This document shows positions 38,710-48,576 of a stretch of DNA of 64,000 bases, one piece after another (the first letter of the stretch is position 1; every line of letters starts with the position of its first letter). The notes under the pieces were generated by a model. The model had not been told where the DNA came from and did not search any database. It saw only the letters and a program-made list of their open reading frames with translations. A program made the position numbers and the translations under genes. The stretch covers positions 836,023-900,022 of the forward strand of contig JBMORU010000001.1 in assembly GCA_049322215.1 (NCBI GenBank). The letters run 5' to 3'. The DNA is from Patescibacteria group bacterium (GTDB lineage: Bacteria > Patescibacteriota > WWE3 > UBA101185 > UBA10185).

Positions 38710-40119
38710 ATGGATATACCTGTTCCTCCTATCGATTCTAATCAAATTCAAGCCAACAGCGAGCCTACAAATGCTGAAGCCCAAAGGCTCGAAAACAATC
38801 AACAGATAATACCCCAAACGCCACCACCTCAAAAACAAAAGGTTCAACAAAATGATCCTCAGGTACCTATTGCTCAAACTCCGCAAGTGCCTAGCGAAGT
38901 TAAAACTAGAAAACTGCAAACCGAAAAACTAAAAGAAATTTTTACAAATGAGTCAGTAGAACCAATTGGCTATATAAATACTGTACTGTCTGAAACTGTA
39001 AGGCTGTCTGCATCAGATATACTTTTTGAACCAAGACGTAATAATGTAGTAATTAGAGCAAGAATAGACGGTGTTTTATACGAATTAGGAATAGCAGATC
39101 ATGCCGTTTATGAGTTTTTAGTAGCACGTGTAAAAGTTTTAGCCTCTTTAGATACTGCCAATAAAATTAAAATTCAAGAGGGTCAATTTGTATTTGAAGT
39201 TGATGGAAGAGTAGTTAACATGCGTGTTGAAATTGTACAAACAGTACACGGCGAGATGATAGTAATTAGGGTACACGAACTAAGCACAATAGTAATGAAT
39301 CTTAAGCAATTGGGATTTAGCGATGAAGCTTATATATCATACCAACAAATGATAAAAAAACAGGCTGGACTCATTTTAGTTTGTGGCCCCACGGGATCAG
39401 GAAAAACGACTACACTTTATTCAACTATTAGTAAACTTAATGAGCACAGAGACTTTAACGTTATGACAATAGAAAATCCAGTAGAATTTCAACTCGATGG
39501 TGTAAACCAAATGCAGGCAAATGAAGATCACGGTTTTTCTTTTGCACAGGGTTTACACACCGTATTAAGACTAAGCCCTGATATAGTTTTTGTCGGTGAA
39601 ATCAGAGACCTTAACACTGCAAAAATTGCTGTAGAATCAGGATTAACAGGGCATTTGGTGTTTTCCACTATACACGCAAGCGATTCTGTTGGAACATTAT
39701 TTAGACTTATTGACTTGGGTATAGAAACGTATTTGCTTAATTCCGCATTATCTGGGGTAATTTCTCAAAGACTGGTTAGAATGAATTGCCCTAACTGTTT
39801 AGCACAATATCAGCCTACAGAAGAAGAACTAGATATATTTAGAAATGTTATTGGAAGAGATCCTCAAAATCTTTATAAAAGTACAGGCTGTGACAACTGC
39901 AACAATTTGGCATTTAAAGGGCGTGTAGGAATTTTTGAGGTTTTAACTGTAGACTCGTACATTAGAAATATTATGAGACAAGAATTTGGGGAAGACGAAA
40001 TTAGAAACTTACTAAGGCAAGAAGGACTAACAACGATTTTAAAAGATGGATTACTTAAAGCCGAAAAAGGAGTGACAACAATTCATGAGGTATTGAGAAA
40101 CAGCTTAAGAATTGATTAA
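38710..40119 (+). CDS. GspE/PilB secretion/pilus assembly ATPase
   Basis: GPTGSGKTT, GEIRD, TGHLVFSTIH, SQRLVR, CxxC...CxxC. Confidence 0.93.
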   Translation: MDIPVPPIDSNQIQANSEPTNAEAQRLENNQQIIPQTPPPQKQKVQQNDPQVPIAQTPQVPSEVKTRKLQTEKLKEIFTNESVEPIGYINTVLSETVRLSASDILFEPRRNNVVIRARIDGVLYELGIADHAVYEFLVARVKVLASLDTANKIKIQEGQFVFEVDGRVVNMRVEIVQTVHGEMIVIRVHELSTIVMNLKQLGFSDEAYISYQQMIKKQAGLILVCGPTGSGKTTTLYSTISKLNEHRDFNVMTIENPVEFQLDGVNQMQANEDHGFSFAQGLHTVLRLSPDIVFVGEIRDLNTAKIAVESGLTGHLVFSTIHASDSVGTLFRLIDLGIETYLLNSALSGVISQRLVRMNCPNCLAQYQPTEEELDIFRNVIGRDPQNLYKSTGCDNCNNLAFKGRVGIFEVLTVDSYIRNIMRQEFGEDEIRNLLRQEGLTTILKDGLLKAEKGVTTIHEVLRNSLRID

Positions 40120-40127
40120 ATTACTAA

Positions 40128-40661
40128 ATGGACTCTCAAAGAATTTCTATAAGAAAAACTAAACTTGCAAAACGTATTACCTTAACGGTAAAAAGCTCGG
40201 GAAGAGTCTCTATTACAGCTCCAAAGTTAACATCCGATACATTCATATATGAATTTGTAGAAAGCAAAAGAGATTGGATAAACGAACAGCTTGAAAAATT
40301 TGAAAACGAGCCAGGCTCACTTTTACTTAAAGGAAATAAAGAAGACTATTTGCAATACAAAAATGAAGCTCGAAAAATTGTTATCGAAAGGCTTAACTAC
40401 TTTAATAGTTTTTACAATTATCACTACGAAAAAGTAACTATTAGAAACCAAACAACTTTGTGGGGAAGCTGTTCTGCAAAAAACAATTTGAATTTTAACT
40501 ACAAGATCGTGTTTTTACCAAAAGAACTTCAAGACTACATAATTGTGCACGAACTTTGTCATTTAAAGGAATTCAATCATTCTGCTGAATACTGGAAATT
40601 AGTTCAAAAAACTATGCCAAATTATAAAAATTTAAGAAAAGCACTTAAAAACCTAACATAA
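40128..40661 (+). CDS. YgjP/DUF45 zinc metalloprotein
   Basis: WGSCS, YIIVHELCHL..NHS. Confidence 0.9.
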   Translation: MDSQRISIRKTKLAKRITLTVKSSGRVSITAPKLTSDTFIYEFVESKRDWINEQLEKFENEPGSLLLKGNKEDYLQYKNEARKIVIERLNYFNSFYNYHYEKVTIRNQTTLWGSCSAKNNLNFNYKIVFLPKELQDYIIVHELCHLKEFNHSAEYWKLVQKTMPNYKNLRKALKNLT

Positions 40662-40679
40662 TAGTGCTAATATACGTTT

Positions 40680-41378
40680 ATGAAAAATAATCTTTTCGTA
40701 ATATTTGGAGGTTTAACTCTATTAATAATTACAGGTTTATTTATTTATTCCAATTATCTAGACAGAAAAGCAAGCAAAGAACAAGCCCAAAATAGAATTG
40801 AAGAAACAAGTCAAAATCCTGAAGAAGAAAGTTTATCAAGTATTTCAGGTTCAATAGCAGATCTTTTGCAAAGAGGAACGGCACTTACATGCACATATGA
40901 TTCAACAACCGAAGCTGGTAACACTTCAGGCATTGTATACATTGATGATTCCAAATTAAGGGCAGACTTTACAACTAAATCCAATGATGAGGTAGAAATT
41001 AGTAGTTCAATGTTATTAAAGGAACAGCAAGTGTATGCTTGGTCTGATTCAGAAGTATTTGGTGGAAAAAATGGAGTTACTTTTAAAGTAAATGAAGAAA
41101 ATTCAGATTTTGATTTTAATATGGAAGAGTATGAAAATACTAATCTTTTGGATTTTCAACAAGCTTTCGATTGGGACTGCAAACCAGGTATTGTAAAAGC
41201 CTCAGCATTCGAGCTTCCAGAAGGAATAGAATTCATGGAAATAGACCAAGGATTATTGATGGAACAAGAGATTTTGAAAAACTTGGAAGATGAAGATCTA
41301 GCAGAGATTTGTTCAGCATGTGATAATGCTCCTACCCAAGCTGCAATTGAGCAGTGTAAACAAACACTTGGGTGTTAA
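40680..41378 (+). CDS. Exported hypothetical protein
   Basis: N-terminal TM, paired Cys, F.LP motif. Confidence 0.75.
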   Translation: MKNNLFVIFGGLTLLIITGLFIYSNYLDRKASKEQAQNRIEETSQNPEEESLSSISGSIADLLQRGTALTCTYDSTTEAGNTSGIVYIDDSKLRADFTTKSNDEVEISSSMLLKEQQVYAWSDSEVFGGKNGVTFKVNEENSDFDFNMEEYENTNLLDFQQAFDWDCKPGIVKASAFELPEGIEFMEIDQGLLMEQEILKNLEDEDLAEICSACDNAPTQAAIEQCKQTLGC

Positions 41379-41423
41379 TAAAAGTACAAAATTAATAAGC
41401 TATAAATTTTAGAAAGGTAAAGT

Positions 41424-42152
41424 ATGGATAAGAAATTCATATCGCTTGTATTAGTAATACTAATAGCAGGTGGAGGATATTTTGTATTTACAAATGTGCT
41501 CAATAATGACACACCGTCAGATTCAATGATGATAGAAGAGGAAGATGCAATGATGGAGGAATCAAAGGCAAATGAAGCAATGATGGAGGAAGAAGCTACA
41601 AGAATGGCAGATGAAACAGCTATGGAAAAACCTGAAACAGCCTTTTCATACACAATTTCAGAAGAATCTAATGCAGAGTATGTAGCTCAAAAAAGATTCC
41701 TTAATCAGGATGATGTAGAAGTTGTGGGAGTTACCGAAGATGTTACAGGCGAAGGCTGGATAGACTTTGAAACTCAAAACTTGTACTTAAAAGCTATGGT
41801 AGATTTATCAACACTAACAACTGACACACCAACAAGAGATAAAGACTTGCAGGGTAGATTCGATGACACAAATGCAACCATAGTATTAGTAGGAATCGAA
41901 GATGAAGTAACTCTAAATACTCCTTTTACTACAACAGCTACTGCTGAGGTAACTATTAATGGTGTAACAATGGAAAAGGATGTAACAATTGATGGTACTA
42001 TTACAGAAGATGACTTCACGGCAGAAGGGTCATTTACAGCATTAGTAAGTGATTTTGGAATGGAACCACCATCTCTATTAAACGTTTATACAGTTGATGA
42101 TGAAATAGAAGTTAGATTTAACGTTGTAGGTACAAGAACACTAGAAGAATAA
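41424..42152 (+). CDS. YceI-like lipid-binding protein
   Basis: VDLSTLTTD...RDKDL...TINGVT...DFGMEPP; Met/Glu-rich linker. Confidence 0.85.
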   Translation: MDKKFISLVLVILIAGGGYFVFTNVLNNDTPSDSMMIEEEDAMMEESKANEAMMEEEATRMADETAMEKPETAFSYTISEESNAEYVAQKRFLNQDDVEVVGVTEDVTGEGWIDFETQNLYLKAMVDLSTLTTDTPTRDKDLQGRFDDTNATIVLVGIEDEVTLNTPFTTTATAEVTINGVTMEKDVTIDGTITEDDFTAEGSFTALVSDFGMEPPSLLNVYTVDDEIEVRFNVVGTRTLEE

Positions 42153-42174
42153 CTTACTATAACAATAGTTAATG

Positions 42175-42204
42175 AAAACCCCTGGCATTAGTCAGGGGTT
42201 TTTT
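42175..42204 (+). terminator. Intrinsic terminator
   Basis: AACCCCTGGC-atta-GTCAGGGGTT-TTTT. Confidence 0.85.
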
Positions 42205-42217
42205 GTGCATATTATTA

Positions 42218-42281
42218 ATGACATTAATATGAACCTATAGTATAATATGCTCACAAATATCCACCTATAAGGAGTAGAGCA
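42218..42281 (+). promoter_or_regulatory. Dispersed-unit promoter/leader
   Basis: ATGACA-ttaatatgaaCCTATAG-TATAAT ... AAATATCCACCTATAAGGAG. Confidence 0.78.
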
Positions 42282-42656
42282 ATGTTAAAAAAACTGATTG
42301 CATGGTTGAGAAAAAACGGACTATGGCCAAATTATCGGTCAAAGCACTTTGAAATTCAACGATACACATCTTGGCAACGACTTGATGATCCAAGAGTGGT
42401 AAACGCCCCACGTTTGATGGTAGTACCTAAAACCGCAGGAGCAGCATATTTCATGGCAGTCAACGTTTTTGCAGAATATGTCAAAGTAGTATCAAGTCCT
42501 GTCACAGTAAATGGACACCGCACATATGCATTCCGTTACTACGACGTGCCTGATAACTACAAAGACCTGCCTAATATCCTGTTGCCTTATCTAGATTCCC
42601 AGCTGAAAGAGTTGGATTTTACCAATCTTAACTGGGAAGACCTTAAAAAAAGCTAA
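42282..42656 (+). CDS. Orphan protein (dispersed unit)
   Basis: 124-aa ORF with its own promoter, SD and hairpin. Confidence 0.78.
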   Translation: MLKKLIAWLRKNGLWPNYRSKHFEIQRYTSWQRLDDPRVVNAPRLMVVPKTAGAAYFMAVNVFAEYVKVVSSPVTVNGHRTYAFRYYDVPDNYKDLPNILLPYLDSQLKELDFTNLNWEDLKKS

Positions 42657-42662
42657 GCTAAA

Positions 42663-42714
42663 AGTAGATCAAGTTTGTAAACAAAACATACAAACTTGGT
42701 CTACTATTTTTTTT
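42663..42714 (+). terminator. Long-stem hairpin plus T-tract
   Basis: AGTAGATCAAGTTTGT-N11-ACAAACTTGGTCTACT-aT8. Confidence 0.8.
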
Positions 42715-44473
42715 GCAAATCACAAACCTGATACAAAGTAGACAACTCAAAACCTAACTTTTTATAGTAACCACGAGTTCCAATAGCAGAAATAACACCT
42801 ACTCTTCTAAAACCTTCTTCAGCAGAAATCTCTTTTGCCTTGGCTATTAATGCTTTACCTAAACCACTATGTTGCGCTTTTCCTGCTTTTGATTCTCCAA
42901 TATTTAAACTTTGCCCATATACATGAACTTCTCTAATTACAGTACAGTTTTTTAGTTCTGCAACAAATGTTGGTTTAGTTGGCACGGACAGTCTTAAAAA
43001 GGCAGCAATTTTATCTGTTTTAGTAATATATTCTAAAAAGTACTCTTTAGAAACAGAAGTTGAATAAGTTGTTACGCGCAGCTTTAAATCTTTAATACTT
43101 ACATTTTGGCGTTTAATCTCTCTAGATCTAATATCCTCCAATTTTATTTTATGTTTACTTAAATACTTTTCTGCAATCTGCCTAAAATTAGTCATTTTAT
43201 TTCCTGCCACTATATCTGTAGAAGGAATATCACGAATTACCCTAGTTAATCGGCAGTATCGTGGTGTTAAAGGAAGTGCATTTACCAACACATTCAAAAG
43301 TTCCTCATGTGTGTAAGGCTTCCAACTACCATCTTTATAGTATTTCATTAATTCCGCGCTTTCTATTAAAGAACAAGGATATATTTTAAGTTCATCAGGA
43401 CGAATAGAATTATCGGAAAACAACTTTTTAAAGTCCTCAATATCTTTTTCAGGAGAAGAACCATACAGGTTGGGCATCCAGTGAGCATGAATTTTAAACC
43501 CTGCCTGACGTAAAAGACACAACGCACGACGCGTTTTTGCTACATTGTGACCACGTTTATTTTTCTTTAAAACAGTATCGTCCATACTTTGAATTCCAAT
43601 TTGAACTTTAGTAGCACCCAAACGTCGAATTTTTAAAACTTCTGCTTTTGTAATTTCATCTGGACGAGTTTCTATAACTAAACCTACACAACGGCATTTT
43701 GCATCTACATTTTTTTCATGAACCTCAAATAATTCTTCCCAGGTAGAACTTTCATTCATAGCATCAATTCTTTTTGTCGCTAAAGCTTTGGAAACAATTT
43801 TGTTGTAACTATCTTTCAAATCAACCCCGTATACTTTTTCAAGCATAGATTCTTCAAATGGAAGTTCTTTATTTGGCGTTAGCATTTTTGTTGAGTTTGT
43901 TTCTCCAAAGTCATGCATAGCATCAAAACATCGCTTAATAAACCAAATCTGATAACTTTCCGGATAAAAAGACCATGTTCCGCCCAAAACTAACAGTTCA
44001 ACTTTATCTGTGGGATGCCCTGTGTTTCTAAATGCCATAAGTCGGTTAAAAGTTTGAAAATAGGGATCAAACTTATTCATTTCAGCACGTTGCGCGCCAG
44101 GCTCATCAGATAAATAACTTTTAGGCATTCTCACATCATTAGGGCAAAATATACATTTACCCGGGCAGGGAAAAGGTTTAGTTAGCACTGTTACAGGTGT
44201 AACGCCAGAAACCGTACGCACCTTTTTCATTCGGACATTTTTTAAAAAAGCTATTTCCTGACTTTCAGTTAGCTTTATTAACTTTTGTTTTTTTAGCTTT
44301 TTGTACGCAAGTAGCAACCCACTTTTAGATAGCATTTTTCCATCATCAATAGGGTATTTCTTAAAAACATTATATAAAGCACGATCGGTTGCAGTAGACA
44401 GGGTAGCAATTTCGTTAATAGCTCCAACCAAGTTCGACTTGTTACTTTTAATATCAACTCGATAATTCTGCAT
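42704..44473 (-). CDS. elp3: Elp3 tRNA U34 carboxymethyltransferase (radical SAM + KAT)
   Basis: RTVSGVTPV...PCPGKCIFCP...PKSY, GGT, ETRPD, KIYP, RVIRDIP, IREVHVYG, QHSGLG, VISAIGTRGYYKKLG. Confidence 0.95.
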   Translation of the reverse strand: MQNYRVDIKSNKSNLVGAINEIATLSTATDRALYNVFKKYPIDDGKMLSKSGLLLAYKKLKKQKLIKLTESQEIAFLKNVRMKKVRTVSGVTPVTVLTKPFPCPGKCIFCPNDVRMPKSYLSDEPGAQRAEMNKFDPYFQTFNRLMAFRNTGHPTDKVELLVLGGTWSFYPESYQIWFIKRCFDAMHDFGETNSTKMLTPNKELPFEESMLEKVYGVDLKDSYNKIVSKALATKRIDAMNESSTWEELFEVHEKNVDAKCRCVGLVIETRPDEITKAEVLKIRRLGATKVQIGIQSMDDTVLKKNKRGHNVAKTRRALCLLRQAGFKIHAHWMPNLYGSSPEKDIEDFKKLFSDNSIRPDELKIYPCSLIESAELMKYYKDGSWKPYTHEELLNVLVNALPLTPRYCRLTRVIRDIPSTDIVAGNKMTNFRQIAEKYLSKHKIKLEDIRSREIKRQNVSIKDLKLRVTTYSTSVSKEYFLEYITKTDKIAAFLRLSVPTKPTFVAELKNCTVIREVHVYGQSLNIGESKAGKAQHSGLGKALIAKAKEISAEEGFRRVGVISAIGTRGYYKKLGFELSTLYQVCDLQKK

Positions 44474-44511
44474 ATTACATTTATTTAGGTATTTACATTA
44501 TAATTTATACC

Positions 44512-45219
44512 ATGGATAAACAAAACTTTGATAAAGTAATGCAACTAAATGCAGAATTCTATGAAACGGTAGGAGATGAATTTGATGGAACTAGACAAAA
44601 TCCCTGGGAAGGCTGGAAGCATGTGATGATGTCAATTCAACCGTTTTTGCGACATTCTACACAAATAAAGGTATTAGATTTAGGCTGTGGTAACGGGCGA
44701 TTTTTAAGTTATATAGAGCGTTTAGACTTACCAATTAAATATTTAGGAATAGATGCTTCTGAAAAATTACTAAGTAAAACCTTTAAATCTGCAAGAGCTG
44801 ACTTTGCTAAAGTTGAATTTATAAAAAATTTGTACGAGCTTCATGGCTTAGGAACATTTGATTTAATAGTTGCTTTTGGCGTCACCCACCACATACCCGA
44901 CAAAGTACACAGAAAAAGGTGGTTTTTAACTATAGCAAACTTAATTAATCAAGGAGGATTTTTAATTTTTTCAACCTGGAATTTTAGTATAGATAAAGCA
45001 GTAATGGGGCCTTTCGAAGAGGACTTTTTAGAAGAAAACGACTACTTGCTAGGTTGGGGAGATACTGGCGCTCTTAGATTTTGTCATTATTATACTGAGG
45101 AAGAAATAAATCAGTTAATTAAAGAACTTAAAGACACAGGTCTTCATTTACTCAAAACATTCGAAGCTGACGGTAGTACTAATCAAAAAAATAAATACTA
45201 CGTATTAAGAAAGGGTTAA
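44512..45219 (+). CDS. Class I SAM methyltransferase, Trm9/ALKBH8-like
   Basis: Y...GDEFDGTRQNPW, LDLGCGNGRF, VTHHIP, RFCHYYTEEEI. Confidence 0.75.
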   Translation: MDKQNFDKVMQLNAEFYETVGDEFDGTRQNPWEGWKHVMMSIQPFLRHSTQIKVLDLGCGNGRFLSYIERLDLPIKYLGIDASEKLLSKTFKSARADFAKVEFIKNLYELHGLGTFDLIVAFGVTHHIPDKVHRKRWFLTIANLINQGGFLIFSTWNFSIDKAVMGPFEEDFLEENDYLLGWGDTGALRFCHYYTEEEINQLIKELKDTGLHLLKTFEADGSTNQKNKYYVLRKG

Positions 45220-45974
45220 GTGCTTAATGTGTTTAAGTTAAATAGACGCAAAAGTGTTATAGAAATAAATTCAACCTTATTTATAAGCATTAAAACTCCC
45301 ATTATTATTATAAAAACAGACGCCGCTTTATTCATAAAATAACCATACTTAGAAAATAATGAGAGTCTTGGAGCTAAGTACTCAAAGAAAATACCTATAA
45401 GTAAAAAGGGAACACCAATACCTAAACCATAAGTTAAAAGTAGTAACATTCCTTTCAAGGTAGTTCCTGCCTGGCTTGCCCAAAACAAAATTACAGCAAG
45501 AACAGGACCAATACAAGGTGTCCATGCAAAACCAAAGGTAATTCCAGTTAAAAAGGAATTTAACTTATGCCACTTTAAAAATTTGGTACTAAAGCTGAGT
45601 TTGTATTCTTTTTGAAAAAAACTAAACTTAAACTTGCCAAGCATAACTAAACCCATTACTACAAAAAAACCACCCCCTATTTTTTGAAACAAGTTTCTAT
45701 TTACGGCTAACGTATTTGCTACTTTACTGGCTGAGGCACCTAAAAGTACAAAAACAAAAATAAAGCCAAGCGTAAAAAACAAACTTATTAAAAATAGCTC
45801 TTTTTTGTAAAATCTTTTCTTTTCAGAAGAGGCTATATATATATCGCTAGTAGTAATACCCGACAAATAGGCTAAGTATGTTGGAACCAAAGGCAACAAG
45901 CAGGAGGCAAAAAAAGTAATTAAACCTCCTGCAAATGCAATAGCTAAGTTAACATTAGAGCCATCAAAAAGCAT
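45216..45974 (-). CDS. ccdA: CcdA cytochrome c biogenesis/disulfide transporter
   Basis: FFASCLLPLVPTYL, WTPCIGPVL, YGLGIGVPF. Confidence 0.93.
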   Translation of the reverse strand: MLFDGSNVNLAIAFAGGLITFFASCLLPLVPTYLAYLSGITTSDIYIASSEKKRFYKKELFLISLFFTLGFIFVFVLLGASASKVANTLAVNRNLFQKIGGGFFVVMGLVMLGKFKFSFFQKEYKLSFSTKFLKWHKLNSFLTGITFGFAWTPCIGPVLAVILFWASQAGTTLKGMLLLLTYGLGIGVPFLLIGIFFEYLAPRLSLFSKYGYFMNKAASVFIIIMGVLMLINKVEFISITLLRLFNLNTLST

Positions 45975-45977
45975 GAA

Positions 45978-46697
45978 TCACTTTAGCTGTTCGATAGCGG
46001 CCTGTAATTGAACAAAAGGTATAGCACCTGGAATTAGCAATGCTTCGCCTGTTTCTACATTCATTATTACGTTACCTGGTGTTCCAGTTACCCCGGCTTT
46101 AGATCCTGATAGTAACTGATTCGATACCAATTCTGCCATTTCTTCAGAATCTATACATGTTTGAACAGCATTTGAGTCTACACCTAATTCACCTGCAACA
46201 GAGGCTAGTGAATCAACAGTGGTTGTAGGATTTTCGAAAATATAGTCAACAAATGCCCAAAAAGCATCATCACCACCAACTTTAGCTACACATTCCGAAG
46301 CTTGAGCTTTAGCCGTTGCTCCCGGGTGAATAGATGCTAAAGGAAAGTGCCTGTAAACCCACATTAACTCTCCTTCATATTCTTCTACAGCTTGCTGTGC
46401 TGTGGTATGAAAAGTAGCACAATAAGGACACTCTAAATCTGACCATTCAATTAACGCTATTTTGGCATTACGATCACCTCTTATATGATCACTATCTGTA
46501 ACTGGGTCAACTTCACCTGGCTCTCTGTTATTATTTCTTGCCGTTGGTGCTGCCGCAGGGTTGTTTACCACACTTCCAGTATTGTTTTTAGATACTGCGT
46601 CTAATTTTGAAGTTAGTGTACCCACATAATAAGCGCCTCCAACTAGTAAAAGTAAAAGAAAAACTATAATTCCATTTTTTGCTTGCTGATCAGACAT
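45978..46697 (-). CDS. DsbA/BdbD-like thiol-disulfide oxidoreductase
   Basis: SDLECPYC, RHFPL, GVTGTP, N-terminal TM. Confidence 0.93.
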   Translation of the reverse strand: MSDQQAKNGIIVFLLLLLVGGAYYVGTLTSKLDAVSKNNTGSVVNNPAAAPTARNNNREPGEVDPVTDSDHIRGDRNAKIALIEWSDLECPYCATFHTTAQQAVEEYEGELMWVYRHFPLASIHPGATAKAQASECVAKVGGDDAFWAFVDYIFENPTTTVDSLASVAGELGVDSNAVQTCIDSEEMAELVSNQLLSGSKAGVTGTPGNVIMNVETGEALLIPGAIPFVQLQAAIEQLK

Positions 46698-46859
46698 ATT
46701 ACTCCTATAAATTATTTAAAAGCCCTAAGTTAATAAGGATAAACGCCATTATCATACCTTTGCTAACAAAAAAACCACTTTCACCATGTAAGGCGTTTCC
46801 ATAAAAGTATATTAGGCATATAGAGTCCTGGCAATAGTAACGGTATTGTAAATAAAGTA

Positions 46860-46906
46860 AACACCAGAACTTAGTTAACTACTAATGTAAAGTAAGTCCT
46901 GGTGTT
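46860..46906 (-). terminator. Long-stem hairpin
   Basis: Sense AACACCAGGACTTA...TAAGTTCTGGTGTT followed by TACTTTATTT. Confidence 0.7.
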
Positions 46907-46913
46907 AAAGGGA

Positions 46914-47192
46914 TTAAACGGCAGGTTCGGCGGGCACCAACGCTTTATCACTAACCAATACATGAAGTGTTCCTTTTGGCTGGTTGTGTGCATGCACAAC
47001 GCCAACTGGAGTACTAGCAGTATTTAGAAAAACTTGCGCACCATTAGCTATAGTACCTGAAACAAAAAGATCCATAGTAGATACTATTTCGGCCTCAGCT
47101 TCACCTGCCAAATGTGGTGCTGTTACAAAGAAAATAACTGTATACCTAATCCAATCCTGCTTTAGCCTTGCTTTATCTGTATAAAGTCTCAT
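46914..47192 (-). CDS. Orphan protein (dispersed unit)
   Basis: AAGGAG SD; promoter CTATAGG-TTGTAT-N17-TATAAT (47260-47225). Confidence 0.75.
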   Translation of the reverse strand: MRLYTDKARLKQDWIRYTVIFFVTAPHLAGEAEAEIVSTMDLFVSGTIANGAQVFLNTASTPVGVVHAHNQPKGTLHVLVSDKALVPAEPAV

Positions 47193-47282
47193 ATGGTCTC
47201 CTTTTTTTATTTTGTTAAGCGGAAATTATAAACTTTGTAAGGTAAGTATACAACCTATAGAGAAGAATGGGTAAAAATAGGC

Positions 47283-47339
47283 AAAAAAATATGGCTAAAG
47301 TTTACGAGGATTTTTTTGTTTCCTGTAAACTCTAGCCAT
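47283..47339 (-). terminator. Long-stem bulged hairpin plus T-tract
   Basis: Sense ATGGCTAGAGTTTACAGGA-aacaaaaaaa-TCCTcGTAAACTTTAGCCAT-aT7. Confidence 0.78.
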
Positions 47340-47352
47340 TGGTGCGTGATGG

Positions 47353-47720
47353 TTAAGCAGTGCGAACGCGAATACCTGAACGCTCGAGACGATTCTTCAT
47401 GCCGGCGAGAGCGTCAGCGAGTGGATTTGGTTTCTCCACAGGGGGTAACTTGACCGGATCGATGAGGCGGATTTCGGCGGCTTCGTGATCGATATACGAC
47501 ACATAGCCAACGTCAAACTTGCCTCCCGCTTCATAAAAGGTTACTCGGTCGAACAAACGTAACCCATTGAGTGCTTTCCAGTTGACCAGAGCCTCAAACG
47601 TAGCCAGCAGGTCTTTTTCCTCGTTGTTACCACCGCGGCGTTCAAATACTTTGAGAGTAACTGGGCGCATACCTTTCTGCACTTTTACATAACCATTTTT
47701 TTACACTCGAAAGCTTTCAT
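47353..47720 (-). CDS. Orphan protein (dispersed unit) with apparent frameshift near the 5' end
   Basis: SD-led ATG at 47720 stops after 11 codons; one extra A in the A7 run joins it to the 47353-47682 ORF. Confidence 0.65.
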
Positions 47721-47799
47721 CAGTTTGTCTCCTTAAGGTGATTTGTGATATCTAGATATGATCTAAATACATTATAGACCCATAGTAATCATATGTCAA
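47721..47799 (-). promoter_or_regulatory. Dispersed-unit promoter/leader
   Basis: TTGACA-tatgatTACTATGGGTc-TATAAT (box inverted) ... GATATCACAAATCACCTTAAGGAG. Confidence 0.8.
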
Positions 47800-47850
47800 T
47801 CTATAAAGCCTTTACAAAACAAGGCAAAAAGCCTAATAATTAACTAAATA

Positions 47851-48501
47851 ATGACCTCTAATAAATACCTTTTTCTTGTAGATTTTGACAATACGCTCAT
47901 TAATAATGATGAGCTCAAGGAAAAGCTGTTTGATTCCATTAAAACTGTGCTAGGTGAAGAAGAAGCGTTAAAATTTTGGAACCACCACAGTGGCTTTGAA
48001 AATCACCAAATGTATGTAGATTATCCTATAATTGTTAGGGAATATTGTTCGGTGGAGTACCCAGATAGTTATAACTTAAAAGTAACATCCATATTCGACA
48101 ACATGGACATAAGCGCATGCGTAAATAGGAACGCAAAAGAAACACTCAAATATTTAAGTTCTTTGGGAGTTGTTTTAATATTCACAGGTGGTGATGTTGA
48201 ATTCCAAAAGAAAAAAGTAGAAAAAAGTAGTCTTGACAAATTCGTAGATGGAGTAAGAGTATTTCCTTTTAAAATGGAACATTTTGTTAACACAATAAAT
48301 GAGTACCCGAATAAGCAGGTAATTTATATTGATGATAATCCTTATAATTTAGACATGGCTAAAAAGACTATTACTGGAATAACAACTATTTGGGTTATGC
48401 AAGGTCATTATTGTAGAGAAAACCCTAATTATGCTAATTCTGACTTGTGTATTCCAAACATTGGCAAGCTTTTAGAAATTAAATCCTTTGAAATTCGCTA
48501 G
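47851..48501 (+). CDS. HAD-superfamily hydrolase
   Basis: DFDNTL, FTGG, K, YIDD. Confidence 0.88.
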   Translation: MTSNKYLFLVDFDNTLINNDELKEKLFDSIKTVLGEEEALKFWNHHSGFENHQMYVDYPIIVREYCSVEYPDSYNLKVTSIFDNMDISACVNRNAKETLKYLSSLGVVLIFTGGDVEFQKKKVEKSSLDKFVDGVRVFPFKMEHFVNTINEYPNKQVIYIDDNPYNLDMAKKTITGITTIWVMQGHYCRENPNYANSDLCIPNIGKLLEIKSFEIR

Positions 48502-48508
48502 TAAATAA

Positions 48509-48576
48509 CCCATAGTATTGACTAAGTAATTCTATATTGATAAAATACTACAAATATCACGATAAAGGAGTGAATC
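48509..48576 (+). promoter_or_regulatory. Dispersed-unit promoter/leader
   Basis: CCCATAGTA-TTGACT-N17-TAAAAT ... AAATATCACGATAAAGGAG. Confidence 0.8.

Noticed and set aside
41521-41630. Met/Glu-rich GCAATGATGGAGGA repeats in yceI as a mobile or regulatory repeat
   Set aside because: In-frame low-complexity linker.
46705-46803. Micro-ORF METPYMVKVVFLLAKV upstream of dsbA (minus strand)
   Set aside because: Very short, with no SD or recognisable feature; more likely promoter DNA.
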